64,000 nucleotides of DNA from Octopus vulgaris (Eukaryota), in contig OX597815.1 in assembly GCA_951406725.2 (NCBI GenBank), positions 22,444,001 through 22,508,000 on the forward strand, read 5' to 3'. Below, piece after piece: positions 39,100 through 53,300 of this stretch. The stretch's first letter is position 1; each line of letters opens with the position of its first letter. Under the pieces are notes generated by a model that did not search any database, had not been told where the DNA came from, and saw only the letters and a list, made by a program, of their open reading frames with translations. The position numbers and the translations under genes are program-made.

Positions 39100-40130
39100 G
39101 TTACGGATCTTAGATCTCACAGCTACTCACAGATACAAGAAAATATTCAATAGGCGTTCTGTGAAATTACCATATAGCTCCTACCCAAATGTGAAGAATA
39201 TCATTACAAGTGGTCAACACGAAGAACCCGAATCAAGCTGCGACTGTTGCGAACCAGGGTCCTGTCCACTTGACCAACGATGTAAGATTACCTCTGTCAT
39301 ATATGAGGCAGAAGTTACTGAAACACTAAATAATAATACAACTGATATGAAGACCAATATTGGATTATGTGAAGGAGAATTTTAAAATCGTTACGCCAAT
39401 CACATAGCCTGCTTCCGACGTAAGGACAAAAGTAAAGCTACTAAGTCGGTTAGCTACGTATGGACTTTGAAAGATAACGAAACACTGCATGTGATTAAAT
39501 GGAAAGTAATTGAGAAATCCATACCATATGTGAATGGATCGAATAAATGTAGACTTTGGCTGAAAGCGCAGATTCTGTTCAGATCTAAGATCTCTGACTC
39601 TCTATTGAACTCCAGGTCAGAATTTTTCGGTGGTTGAATGCATATCTATAAATATATTTTTAAGAATTGAAAATTCTGCGTATTCCTGACTGACTTGATA
39701 TCATTCCAGCCTTATCATTTAAAGCCTAAGGAAGATAGCACTTTTTACTTTTTGACACTTTAGTTCCGTTTTCCGCTTTTCGTTTTCCGTTGTTTACTGT
39801 CTGCATTTTCTATATGTTGCCTTCTCAGCTTCATCGCATTTCTTCTATTTATTCAATCTTTTAGTTCTTTATGATATGTGGTTTGCGCCTGAAGAATATG
39901 TTTGTGTTCCATTGTCCCATTGTTAGAGAGAGAAATATCAGAATTGTTGGAAGCTCTTGTAGTAGTATTTATTTCCGTTCTTTATGTCCTGAACACAAAT
40001 CTAACCGATGTGTACCTTGCGTTTCATCCCCGAGAAAATTGTGGATATTATTGCTCAAATCGTGTGTTCGTTAAAAAATATCAGACATCATTTTGGGTTG
40101 ATTCAGTTGGCTGTAACATGTACCTGTAAA
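39100..40130 (+). mobile_element. Naiad-type Penelope-like element, 5'-truncated: linker, Zn-knuckle, GIY-YIG endonuclease and 3' UTR
   Basis: One frame reads KIFNRRSVKLPYSSYPN..CDCCEPGSCPLDQRC..VIYEAEV..NIGLCEGEF*NRYANH..F..YVWTLK..IKWKVI..CRLWL..LLNSRSEFFGG*MH. The 3' boundary is approximate. Confidence 0.85.
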
Positions 40131-40229
40131 TTTTTTTGTCGTATGAAAATTTATTTATAACGTTCTTTCGGCATATTTTCCCGCTTTATCTTATTCTTCA
40201 GTTTGAATCTTTCGATTCTCAGATGAAAT

Positions 40230-40410
40230 ATTGGTTTCAAGTTTTGGGGAAGGGGAAGTCGATTACAGCGGCCCCGGTGATCAACTGGTACTTATTTTAT
40301 CGACTTCCGTAAGGATGAAAGGCAACGTTACTCAGAACATAGAGACAGACAGAATACCGCTGAACATTTTTTCTGGCATACTAACGATTCTGCCATCTCA
40401 CTGCCTTTGC
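40230..40410 (-). mobile_element. SINE family B, diverged
   Basis: aactggtacttattttatcgac..aaggatgaaaggc is the reverse complement of the family B body. Confidence 0.75.
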
Positions 40411-43400
40411 AAATGAAATATTAAAGTTTATTTACGTTCCTAGTGCTCTTCGGAAATTGTATAAAATATTTTATTTCTCTCCACATGGAAGCCTCGTCCT
40501 TGTTTTACTCATTCTTGACGAATAAATTACTGTTTCTTTTTGCTGTCTGCAATATGTTTAAGAAAGAAATAATTTTTTTTAGATATTTGAGTCTAAAAAC
40601 AAAAATGCCATCGTAAAACCCTTATCAAGGTGGTATGAATGAGTTCCTTACTAGAAGGTATAATACGTTTAGCTGTTATGGGTTACGTTTGATTATATTT
40701 CAAGTTATCTCTCGTCATAGCTATCCTTCTCTTTTCATGACGTACAGATCCACCTATAATATATAATGAGGTTATAATAAGGAGGTTAAACAAGTCACCG
40801 TCACATTGCGGACTATAATTGTCGATGATGACAACCATGAGAAAACCTGATCAGGTACTTCTGTTTTCTAATGAAAGCTGTTATGTGCAACAACGACATT
40901 CTAGCATTTCTGGAGCTATTTACAATTTCAACTACTGTCAGAAGTCACTTTTATTCTAACTTATATATTTCCCAATTTAATCAGGGAGTTAATCTTGTGG
41001 TTTCACTTCATTAACTGATTAAAAGATGTCACTCCCTAATTGGAAATGTCCATGTTGTTTTTCTTTTTGTTGTAATTATCGTTGAATTTGTTGTTGTGTA
41101 TCTGCAAATCATCCTTGATCAAGTATATCTATGATCAAATGCATTCCAGCTGTGACCGACGAGTTTTTCTTTTCTTATGTGTAGGAAGCATAAGGTCACA
41201 TTATCTAACATATGCTTTTTAAGGTTGTGCGGCGTGATAACAGGAAAAATTCGCTACCATTTCTAGCATTTCAAACTACCACATAGAGGCTGCCAGGTAA
41301 GTTCGAGGACAATGTCCTTGAATTATGAACGTATAAGCTATTTACTCTCGCTGACCAAAATTTTATTGTTTTACAGTATAATAACTAAAATTAATACCAC
41401 TTTAAATTTGATTGACAGTAACACTACCACATTCCTCTTTCTGACACATACTCTGAACTACAGATTCGTGGTCATGGAATGGTTCATTTCTTTGGACAAA
41501 GCTTAACTCAGTCACTGAGAGAAAAGTATATGGATTAGCTTTGGAAAATAACTGTAAATACCTATTTATCTCAAACGGCTAATATAGTACTTAATTATTC
41601 AATATGAGAACAAATTATACAACACATGCAAAAGAAAACTTGATAATTGAAACAATAAAGTAAAATGGTACAGATAAAAAAAGTGTCGAATTTATAATCG
41701 AAGACTGGTTTTGATTGTTGTACAACCAAAAGTGACAGAAAAATCCACCTAGTCTGAAACCCAAAATACTGAATCATAAGCATTTTTGTGGACCCATAAA
41801 AATTATATGAACTATCTTTCTAAAGGATACTTATAATTAACATTGGGCAAACAACTAAACTTTTTCACTATTCTATTAGTATTTCGTTTCAAACCAAATG
41901 TTTTCTGTTCCGCTGATTTTCACATTACGATTTTTAACATTAACTTCATTGTTCTTTCATAACCAACGCTAAGTTTCATTCTGTAGTGGTTCACGCCACA
42001 GCTAACTCAGTTGTACTAACAAGATAATGCATATCATATCCGAAGTATGTTACTTTTTACCATTTGAACTGAGTCCTTCTTTTGAAGAAATTTTTCAAGA
42101 TGAAGTTTGCTGCTTGAATAATTTGAGGAATAAGAAGTCTAGTGCTAGAGTAGATGTTGTAAAATGGTTTGTCTTAATATATTAAGATTTTTATTGGGAA
42201 AATGTTGAGTACTGCGAAGTTCTAGTTTTGAATGCTAGCAATTATTGTTTCTTAAAAGAATTGCATTGCATATAGTGTGAAGAAAACTACAGATTCGTGT
42301 TCATGGAATGGTTCATTTCTTTGGACAAAGCTTAACTCACTTAATCACTGAGAGAAAAGAGTATGGATTAGCTTTGGAAAATAACTGTAATTCATCTCAA
42401 ACTGATAATACAGTACTTAATTAATTTTACCGAGTCCAAACTTGTTTTAAATATTTAAAAGAGAGTGATCTCTAAAAGGTATGAATAAGCTGAATCTAAG
42501 TCAAGATGGCATCAACTTCACAGTTTATTTACCATGAACTATTCCCCTTCCCTAAAACTTTACGTGCCTTCGTTTGCGGAAACTGTGTTGTGAATATTGA
42601 TTATTGTGAGAATAAAAGTATAATGTTAAACGTTTTAAATATTTTGATATTCCCTTCATCAGTGGAATGTCTGTCCACTAATTGATCTAGGGTGGTTGTT
42701 TCCAATTCCCATGTTACTTCTCAGCAAATTTACAAGCAGAATATGACACTTAATGAGATAATGAAATAATGAATATGAAATTCCCCCAAGATTAGCTCTT
42801 CTTTCTTGTTTCACGCTCTATTGCTACATGTTGAAACCCATATTTTCATTGCTATGTAACTGAGATCAAATTTCTCAAAAGCAGGATTAGCAGTACACTT
42901 TATTTTTGTTTTTAATCAGAAATTGTCAATTCCAGGTTTAAATAATTTTGCGTAAATTTTGTGAGAAACGTGTCCTAAGTCAGATTAAAAGCTTGATAAT
43001 AGTCATGAAGTTTGTAAAATTAGTGCAGCTAATTGACTTCCTAAATGTAATTTTTTTTCATCTTGGTAAAGTTTAAAAGGATGTGGTGATCTATTTGAAT
43101 TAACGAGTAACGGCAAAATATTCGTTTCTGCTCTAAGCACAAGGCTCGAAATTTTGAAGAATGTGTTCTCTCTTGAGAACACATTTCGGTTGAGCGTTCT
43201 GTATCTAGTTCTGGAAATTGTGTTTTGTAAGCGACAGACTATGCTGATGATCATGCAGATGTCTGCGTGTTAATATACGTAGATATTAACAAGTGAAACC
43301 AATGGTATGTAGTTAATCGTTTTTATTTCGTATGTTTTCATTTGCCTTGCTCATTTTTACATTTTGGCGTTTTACTGACATTTTTTTCTTGGAAGCACAT

Positions 43401-43475
43401 TCTCCGTGGTAATGGCGATTTGACGTCTATGTTTAGCATATAGAGTTCCACTTTAGTGGTCATTCCTCTTAATCT

Positions 43476-43530
<55 letters not shown>

Positions 43531-43531
43531 T

Positions 43532-43559
43532 GTTTCGTCTCCTCTGAGGGATTCGTCAG
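43532..43559 (-). ncRNA. Truncated hammerhead core at a (TA)n junction
   Basis: Minus strand CTGACGA-atccct-cag-aggagac-GAAAC, followed almost immediately by (TA)n. The cleavage strand is missing. Confidence 0.5.
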
Positions 43560-43799
43560 GAACTGAATGAAGTAGTCTGGGTCAGTTGCTTAAATAGGGC
43601 AGACAGTAGGAGAGCAAAAATATATGGGTATGGATTTGGAGAAGGTGGGGTGTATACAGTATCAAAGAGTGTGTCGAGAGGGAATCATTAGAAGAAGGTA
43701 GCGGTGGTGATGTTGAATGAATGGTTATTGCGAACAGGTTAGTGTTAGTAAGTTAGGTGGAGTGTTAAAAGAAAATGAATTATTTGGGGGTAGCAGCTT

Positions 43800-43886
43800 G
43801 AGCAAGTGCCTTCTATTATAGCCTCAGGCCAATCAAGGCCTTCTGAATAGATTTCGTAGACGGAAACAGAAAGAGGCTCATTATAA

Positions 43887-43954
<68 letters not shown>

Positions 43955-44200
43955 GCGCGTGCGTGTGTGTGTGCGTGTGTGTGTCGTTATGTCTCTTTGC
44001 GGCCGTGTTTGTCTCCACCACTGCTTGACAACCAGTGTTGGGGTGCTTATGTCCCCGTAACTGGTTCATCAAAAGAATAGAATAAGTTCCTGGCTTAAAA
44101 AGTAAATAAGTCCTGGATTTGATTCATTTGACTAGAAGTCCTTCAAGACAGTGAACCAGCATGACTGCAGTCCAATGAGTGAAACAAGTAAGAGATAAAA
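43800..44200 (+). mobile_element. SINE family A, diverged and 5'-truncated
   Basis: gcaagtgccttctattatagcctc...ccagcatgactgcagtccaatgagtgaaacaagt. Confidence 0.8.
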
Positions 44201-45829
44201 GATGCGCGCGCGCGTGTGTGCATGTATATTAGTGTATGTGTATTTATAAATACACATCCATATACATACACATACAAGCATATACACAACACGTGTAATG
44301 GATGAGAATTCATAAGCATTTATTTGTAGTGTATCACCCCATATGTGAAACATATATAAAATCAGTTGTAAGATAAAGAGAAGAAAAACAAAGGACGTAT
44401 GAGCGGGCGTACATTCGTGTGCCATTTAGATAATCTGTGTTTTCGAAAACGTCCAACAGTACTTTTATGATACAGATAAGTCCTGTGACACACGCATAAA
44501 TATATGCTAAAGAAACAAGCGGTAGGCATTCACAGATCCTGAAGAATTTGTGTATAAACAACTTGCATTCCTCCTTTTAAATGTATCTAATCTACAAATA
44601 CGACTCCGCTAAATCTCAAAGTCCATTCGTGGCCGAAAAATTGCAAAATCAGTCTTTAAAAACGCCTTGATACCGGAAGAAAGAGTTGATAGCAAAATTC
44701 CAAATAGGAAATAAACAAACGCGCACTATAATTGTAATTTGTGGCACACCCTAAATGGGAAGTTGGTTAAATCAGCTGATGCGATTGATCTTGAAGACAA
44801 TAACTTGAAGCAGTTTTCGCAAAACATTTGGAATGTGGGGTATACAAGAAACTTAGAAACGTTATATATGTACGCGTACGTGTGTATGTCGCATGAAGTA
44901 AGCATCCCATATTTTGTAACTTTAGCGCACAAGCTAGTGATACTCCATAGCATTTGAAAATGCTTGCTTTCTGGTGATCTTTAGATCAAATCTATTAGCA
45001 GTCACCTAAGATTTTCATCATTCAATGGTTGATAAATATCAAAGTTTTTGTTGGTAATACATTTAGAAATAATTTCATATTCATTCCAGATGCGGGATAA
45101 TAACAGCAACTTAAGATTCATTTCGAGCTTGGTATTCATCCCGTATTTCCAGGATCAATGTGAAAACCTGGGTTTTGAGAGACAGTCTCACTCGTTTCAG
45201 TAATTCTGGAAGGATGTTGTCTAGATCTGAAGAGTAGCATATTCAGACTGTAAAAACGATTGCTGTGTATTCATTCATAGTTGTTCAAGATGACGTAGGA
45301 AATCTGATGTTAAATCTAGATGCAGCAGTGAGGTAAAGTATTTCGTTTGGTTGTTAGTGTTGCCTACAGCTCATATCTATAGTGTATTTTATATACTAAA
45401 AAAAAAACAAATAGTAACAGAAGTAATGGACAGGGAAGCGTGGAGAAGACTGGTTAATGGATTGTTGAGATCCGAGTGCCTTCGACTTATGACATGTGCG
45501 TGGGGGGTACGTATGTACATACATACATACATACATGCATACATACACACATACATGTACGCAGGCAAAGCTCACCTGTTAAGAAGTTCGCTTCGCAGTC
45601 ACAGTCTCGGTCTCGATCCCGTTGTGTAACATTCAGTGCGAATATATTTTTTGTGTTTAGATGTAAAGTCACATAAGAGATTCGTGCTCCGAGAGTCTTG
45701 TGTTGGACTTTAAAAATTTTGTAAGTTAAACGCACAAATTCTTGGACCTTGAGTCACTTATGCAGCTTTGCAGATAAACAAGTGTGTATGTGTGTGTAAA
45801 ATGATGATGACGACGACGACGATGATGGG

Positions 45830-47044
45830 CAAGTTTTATAGCCCGCCAATAGATGGGACCACATGGTTGCGTACGCAGTGAGAGCTAGCAGTAACATTCA
45901 TGAGGCAGTGTGCAGAGTGATATAGTTGTGTTTACTTCGCAAGTCGTGAAAATTGTGTTTTTCTGACCACGTGTATGCTGTAATTTGTGATTTTGTCATA
46001 GACAGGAAGTTGGAACAAAGAGCCAACGTGAAATTTTGCGTTAAATTTGTGAAGTCTGCTACAGAGACAATGAGCATACTTCGGCAAGCTTACGGCGGCG
46101 AGGTTATGGGTAGTACGCAATGTTTCGAGTAACACAGGTGCTTCAAAAGCGAAACAACCTCCCTGAAAGACGATGAGCAATCTAGAAGACCTTCCACCCC
46201 CGGAAATGTGGAGGAAATTCATCAGCTCGTCGACATTTGTGATGCTGTTCGTCTGTCGTATGGGTCCGTGCAGGCAATCTTGACGTCTGAACTGAAGTGT
46301 GTCTCTGACAAGTTTGTCCCCCGCATTCTGACCAGTGAGCAGAAAGAACGTTACGTCGAAGTCCATCAAGATCTCTGTCAGCGTGCCGCTGATGACTCAT
46401 CCCTCATGTTGAGGATCATCACCGGTGACGGGAGTAGGTTCGACGGGTACGACCCTGAGACGAAGCATCAATTGTCACAATGGAAGAGCAATTCATCCCC
46501 ACGACCGAAGGCACAACAGAGCTGCAACTCAATCAAGAGCATGGTCATCGTCTTTTACATTTGCGGTATTGTGCAACAAGGATTCGTCCCCCAGGGCCAA
46601 ACCGTCAATCAAGAGTTCTACTGTAACGTTTTAAAGTGCTTGAGGGAGGGCATTCGGCAAAAGCGATTGGATCTGTGGCTCGTGAAGAATTGGATTCTTC
46701 ACGACCACAATGTCCCCTGTCACTGAGCTCTCCTTACTCGTGAGTTTCTCACCGCAAACAACATCTATTCGCCATATCTAGTACTGTCTCTACACGTAGA
46801 TGAAAATGCAGCTCAAATGTTGCCGTTTTAACACCGTCGTCGGGATACAGAGCGAATAGCAGAAGGTCCTCGACTCGCACCCGGGAAACGACTTCCAAGT
46901 CGGATCCCAAAAGTGACAAGAACACTGGGACCAGCGTATTGCAGCGCAAGGTTACTATTTAGAAGGAGATGGTGTTAAAACTTTGGTAAATAAGTTATGT
47001 TTTATTAAACATAACTTGTCTGTGAACTTCTTGATATCACCTCG
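45830..47044 (+). mobile_element. Decayed mariner transposon
   Basis: EQRANVKFCVK..SATET..AYG, KFVPRILTSEQK, IITGDGS..GYDPETK, GQTVNQEFY and LHDHNVPCH. Right end gatatcacctcg|TA; left TIR not seen. Confidence 0.9.
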
Positions 47045-47247
47045 TAAGTCTTGTATGGACAAGTAAAAAACTTAGCACGTAAGGTTGGTAGACCATTACT
47101 ACGGTATACAGACAAACAGTAAGCATAATTTAAAAGGCCTCAACATAAGATATAAAAAACGCACCATCATTATCAGTTTCGAGCGTGTGTGTGTAGTATG
47201 TATGTATGTATGTATGTATGTATGTATGTATGTATGTATGTATGTAT

Positions 47248-47600
47248 TGGCGTAGCTCCGTGGTTACAAACCTCGTTTCGCCATCACGTAATTCGAGTTG
47301 AGCGATTCATTCGGCAGGTAGATTCTATTAAAACCTCGGACCAATATTCACATTGTGAGTGAATATAGTAGAAAGGAACTGTATGGAAATACGTCACATC
47401 TATATGTGTATATGTATGTCTTTGTTCACCCATACTGCTTCACAACCACATTTGGTTCGTTTACGTGTATGTAACTTAAACGTTCCGCAAAAAGAGTCAG
47501 TAGAATAACTTAAATTAATTACCAGGCTGATTTGTTCAACAAAACACCTCGAAGCGGTATCACAGTATGACTATAGTCAAATGAGTGAAACAAATAAAAG
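47248..47600 (+). mobile_element. SINE family A, old diverged copy
   Basis: Collinear but degenerate match from head to gtcaaatgagtgaaacaa. Confidence 0.7.
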
Positions 47601-48407
47601 TGTGTGTATGTGGCTATGTATGTACGTGTGTGTACGTATGTGACTTTCAAGATTATTATTTCTCCTGGGAAAACTTGGCTTTAGGTGGTCTCAACCTGTT
47701 GTTGCTGTCATTTCTCTTATACGCGGATTAAATGACCTTCCCTCCATCTGCTGCAGTAACTTTCGACTTTAACTGTCACTAGACGAAGGATAGATTTTCA
47801 GTTTCAATTATTTGCTTCCTAGCTGTTTTCAAATCAAAATCTTATCTTATTACTGTTGGGGTCCACATGATTCTAATTTTGTAACTAGACCGATCTATTT
47901 TCATCGTCGTAAACAATCCTTTCAACTATATTCTCACAACTATTTTCATCTCGCTATGTTTAAAATTGCAGTTTGGCAACAGTCTCAAATGTTCAGGTTT
48001 GTCACACTTGACAGATAACAAAACTATGTACAGCTGACTGAAATTGAAGGAAATATTGTAGAACAAAAGTTTTTGATTTCTTCCAAAGACATTTTCATCA
48101 AAGGGATGTGGTCAGTATAATTCAATTCTATAGATCGCCTCTGATCGCTTGGGCCCCTAACTTCAATATAACGCTTGATATTATTCATATCATAGATACA
48201 TCAATATTTACACAAATTGGGATGCGGTAGGTTTTACAATACATTGAAACAGAGTATTCTTAATTGTGTTTTCCCCGGACACTTTGACTGTTTTCTTTAA
48301 GGTGTCGCTGTTTTTGATGTTTAGGCCCAGGGTTGCTCTGATTGCGCAGAACTCAAAAACAAACCATCTTTTCAAACGATATGTCAAGTGTGGTTATATT
48401 ATTCAAT

Positions 48408-48456
<49 letters not shown>

Positions 48457-48589
48457 TTTAACGGTATGTATGATTCTGAAAGAATATCTCTGCTTTTACT
48501 TTGGACTCAATATCGCAGTCCACTGTATCAAACATCATTTTTGTTTTTAACTCATTCATAAAAAAATTAGTGCATTTTTGGTGGGGAAG

Positions 48590-49050
48590 GAATAGTCTCG
48601 AGGAAGGGCCTGTACCATGGCTTTCTCGAGCCCTTTGTGATCAGTGAGAATAATGCTCTTAATGTTACCCTAGAACAGCTGCAGTTAAAAGCTACTGGAA
48701 CGAAATCATGCATAAGACGAGAACTCAAGAGAACTGATGTAATGGGGAGAAAGGACTGTATATAGCAATCTTGTATATAGCGCGCGAGGGATATGGCATG
48801 GCACAACTTGGGTGATGAGAGATGAAATAAGTCGAGCTTGCTTAGAAGAACAGGGACTGCATGCGTATCGATGTGAACGGCATGTAAAGAAGACTGCATG
48901 TCTGTGAGCCAAATTGTGAAATTAGTTGTGAGCGATTTGGTTCCAGTCAATCGAATGGCCTGTATGTGTGCGGTCTGGTTTGAGTGCTTGTAATTGAGTG
49001 AACACCGATGAAAGCGCTGCTGGTTAAATGATGGTGTTAGGTTAAGTAGC
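48590..49050 (-). mobile_element. CR1/Jockey-group LINE 3' relic
   Basis: YIQSFLPITSVL..S..FVPVAFN resembles the SFFPRT..LWNSLP..VFP ORF2 C-terminus. Confidence 0.5.
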
Positions 49051-49962
49051 ATAATGTGCCTATCAGAAATTAAATAGATATTGACTGAAAATTAAAACTT
49101 ATAACTAGATGAAAGTATTTATATTTGTCAATTAATAGGTTTGTTAAACTGACGTCTGCTCCCAGATACGCTGTTGTGAAATATCAAGCAATGTGCCACC
49201 TCAGTTAATTCTGCGTAACCTCTTCCTTTATAACTGCTACAGTGAATCATTCTAATATTATACCAAATTATTTGCAATAATTCTCTAAAGAACAATTAGG
49301 AACATCTTATTGGCCAATACTTTTCTACCGACCGTGACTGCAGCAATCTCACAAGTTTTAAAGAATCGCTTAGAATTAAAACCAATACTCTCTTTCATAC
49401 TAAATATCAAAATAAGACACCAAATACACCTTCAACATTATCATATATTTCCCATTGCATGCCTTCAGCATAATATAGAGTTATGATTTTGCATAGTAAA
49501 CATCACTATTCAAGTAATCATTATGATGAGTTATGCGTTTTTACTAATATTTGTTTTCTAATTCATTCTGAAGGTGCTGGTGATAAACTTAAAGTAGGAG
49601 AACTCTAACAAAAACATGTCAGCATTACGTCCAGCGAACAACAGTAAGCTATTTCACCCTTGCAGCAAGATGAACAGGAAGTGGAAAGTTAGCAATTGAG
49701 GATGTTAACCTCTGTAGTAGTGCCAGATTGTAAAACATCGACTCTATAGTTGGTTATTGTGTGGTTATATTTCGTTGTCAATATCTCGTTTTAGTAACAA
49801 ACCTGATTGTATGTACAATATTTAATCCATCCCTTTAGGTCACGAAATGCTCAATGAATTTCGTTTTCCTAATCATTTCCATGCAATCTTGAAATTTTTG
49901 GTTCTTCAACTTAAGCCATATTTGTCTGAAATCCTAATATACAGCAGTAATATTTTGTGTCG

Positions 49963-50174
49963 AGGCAGAAACGGTAGCACGCCGGGCGAAATGCTTAGCG
50001 GTATTTCGTCTGCATTACGTTGTGAGTTCAAATTCCGCCGAGGTCGACTTTGCCTTTCATCTTTTCGGGGTCGATAATTTAAGTACCACTGGGGTCGATG
50101 TAATCGACTTAATACCTATGTCTGTCCTTGTTTGTCCCCTCTATGTTTAGCCCCTTGTGGATAGTAAAGAAATA
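49963..50174 (+). mobile_element. SINE family B flanked by a ~200-bp direct duplication
   Basis: Slightly 5'-clipped family B copy. Flanks 49766-49962 and 50175-50378 are direct repeats. Confidence 0.92.
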
Positions 50175-50633
50175 TATATTTCGTTGTCCGTATCTCGTTT
50201 TAGTAACAAATCTAATTGTATGTACAATATTTAATCTATCCCTTTAGGTCACGAAATGCTCAATGAACTTCATGTTCCTAATCATTTCCATGCAATCTTG
50301 AAATTTTTGGTTCTTCAACTTTGCACTTAAGCCTTATTCGTCTGAAATCCTAATATACAGTAGTAATATTTTGTGTCGCCAAGGATCATGACCTTGATTG
50401 ATTTTTTGTTGCTCAGTATCAAGCATTCATATTATTTTATTTCGCTTTACTGAAAATGTGCAAAAAATTTGCCAATTTCCTTTGTTTTGGATTAAGCGTG
50501 TTGTACCTGGACATTTATGTTGTGTATACGTTGATGCAAGTGTATGAGTGTGCAATTAATTTTTATTCTGCATGCATTACAATTTCAATAAAAAAAATTA
50601 CCAAACTCGATGATATCAATAGTTTTAACTTAC

Positions 50634-50873
50634 GTGCTTGTGCTCGATTTAAATGAGTGATATTAATCCATCCGTCTCCGTCAATGTGGAAGCGAATTAC
50701 GTCTGAGAATTCATAAACTGCATTTATCAAAATATTTTGAATGGTCATTTGTGGAATGGGTTCACTGTCAGTCATGTTAAATAAGCGCTGGACTTTAATC
50801 ACATTTTGTCCGACACTGAAATGTGTTACTACAGACTCGTATGGATTTTCAACAAAATAAACAGCTTGTGTGC
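50634..50873 (-). CDS. Ret: RET receptor tyrosine kinase orthologue, exon equivalent to human exon 2 (start of cadherin-like domain 1)
   Basis: Acceptor ttttcag, donor GTAAGT, 240 nt, phase 1-1, open. Reads TQAVYFVENPYESVVTHFSVGQNVIKVQ...FHIDGDGWINITHLNRAQA, resembling the RET mature N-terminus (ALGLYFSRDAY...TGLLYLNRSLD). Joins in frame to the 32002 exon. Confidence 0.85.
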
Positions 50874-51893
50874 CTGAAAAGAGAGAGGATACACGAAAGT
50901 TAATAAAAATCAGCAGATATTAATTTCTTAGCTCTACAAATTGATGCATTACATTGCTTACTATAAAATAGGCGTCACCAAATATGCTGTTTTTTTAAAA
51001 TTTTTATAGATTATATTTTACAAGTAAATCATTTTTTAAATTCAAAATGAAACCTCAGAAATTAGAAATTGTTATATTTAGCAGTGGATTTGAAAATAAT
51101 GAACTTTAGAAATTATACTAATTGCTCGACATATTTGTGTGGCTAATATGTATTTTGGGGAGGATCGAACATAAAATTTTCATTTTGAAAGATAAAAATT
51201 AAAGAATTCATGAAAAGAAAATCATATACCTATGGAAATATGCAATGCAAAGTGATAAATTAATTTTTTATGTGCGGATTATTTAATACGCATATAAAAA
51301 TCCTTTTTTTAACTCAAGGAATTAAGCATAATCGAGTATTTGGTATGTATGGAAAAACATATCTGCAAATTTTACTAAGAGGCTCAGACAATTCTAAATT
51401 AGAATGAGTCAAAATCCAAATCATTGTAACAATGAACACATATTGAATTTTCAAAAGCAAATTTGACCTTTTGGGGTTAGGATGGCGAGAGCATATGGGT
51501 TGGGCAACGGGAAAACCATACCAAACTATCTGAATTAACACCGTGAGCTACTGTTCATTTGCTCTGATGTATTCATGTTAATATTCATTCCAGCACAAAG
51601 ACAGAATACAGATGGATCCATTAAGAACTTACAAATTCTCTTAAGTAAGAACATCACTATAAACAACTACAGTTTGATGGGTCTGCTTGTTTGTGTCGAA
51701 TCAAACCGGCACGGCCATGCCAATGAAGAAATTCTTTTAATATATTTTGCTATTCGTAAATTCAAATGTTGACTTACACATTGTTCTAGGTATTTTTCAG
51801 ATTAGTTATTATTTTCTTTCTTCTTCAGTATAATCACAGATGAGATATATATGTATGTGTGTGTACAAACACGTAGCATGTATATAGGTGTAT

Positions 51894-52590
<697 letters not shown>

Positions 52591-52704
52591 ACTTATCCTG
52601 TAAGAGTTACTTATAGCATAAATTAATATATTCTCCATTTGATGCATTATGCAGTATCCTTTAATTCCAGCTTCTTCCATTTTTGAGGGATTCACCAGCT
52701 AAAT

Positions 52705-53031
52705 ATTCTTTTATTCTTTTACTTGTTTCAGTTATTTGACTGCAGCCATGCTGGAGCATCGCCTTGAAGGGTTTTAGTCGAAGGAATTGACATCAGGACT
52801 TATATTTTAAGCCTAGTACTTATTTTATCACACTGTTTTGCCGAACCGATACGTTACGAGGACATAAACACCAACACCGGCTACCAAGCGGGGGGTGGAC
52901 AGACACATACACCACCGGCTACCAAGCGGGGGGTGGACAAACACATGCACCACAAAGACACATACAGATACGGACACATACACAAACACACACATACATA
53001 TATTTGGTAGACGGAAACAAATAAATCCGGC

Positions 53032-53079
<48 letters not shown>

Positions 53080-53090
53080 GAAGTCTGTCG

Positions 53091-53136
<46 letters not shown>

Positions 53137-53300
53137 CGCACGTGTGTTTACGTACGACGGTCTTCTTTCAGTTTCCGTCTACTCACATGGCTCTGGTCGG
53201 CCCGAAGCTATTACACAAAACAATTGCTCAAGATGTCACGCAGTGGGACTGAACCAGGAACTATGTGGTCGTGAAGCAAATCTCTAACCACACAGTCATG
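52705..53300 (-). mobile_element. SINE family A (reverse) with an internal tandem duplication and a short inverted piece
   Basis: Reverse complement of family A. caccggctaccaagcggggg duplicated at 52875-52940; plus-oriented tttggtagacggaaac at about 53003. Confidence 0.85.

Noticed and set aside
51628-51660. Candidate RET exon 1 (ATG TTC TTA CTT AAG AGA ATT T|GTAAGT)
   Set aside because: The phase fits but there are only 7 codons and an upstream in-frame stop, too short for a signal peptide. Exon 1 is left unassigned.
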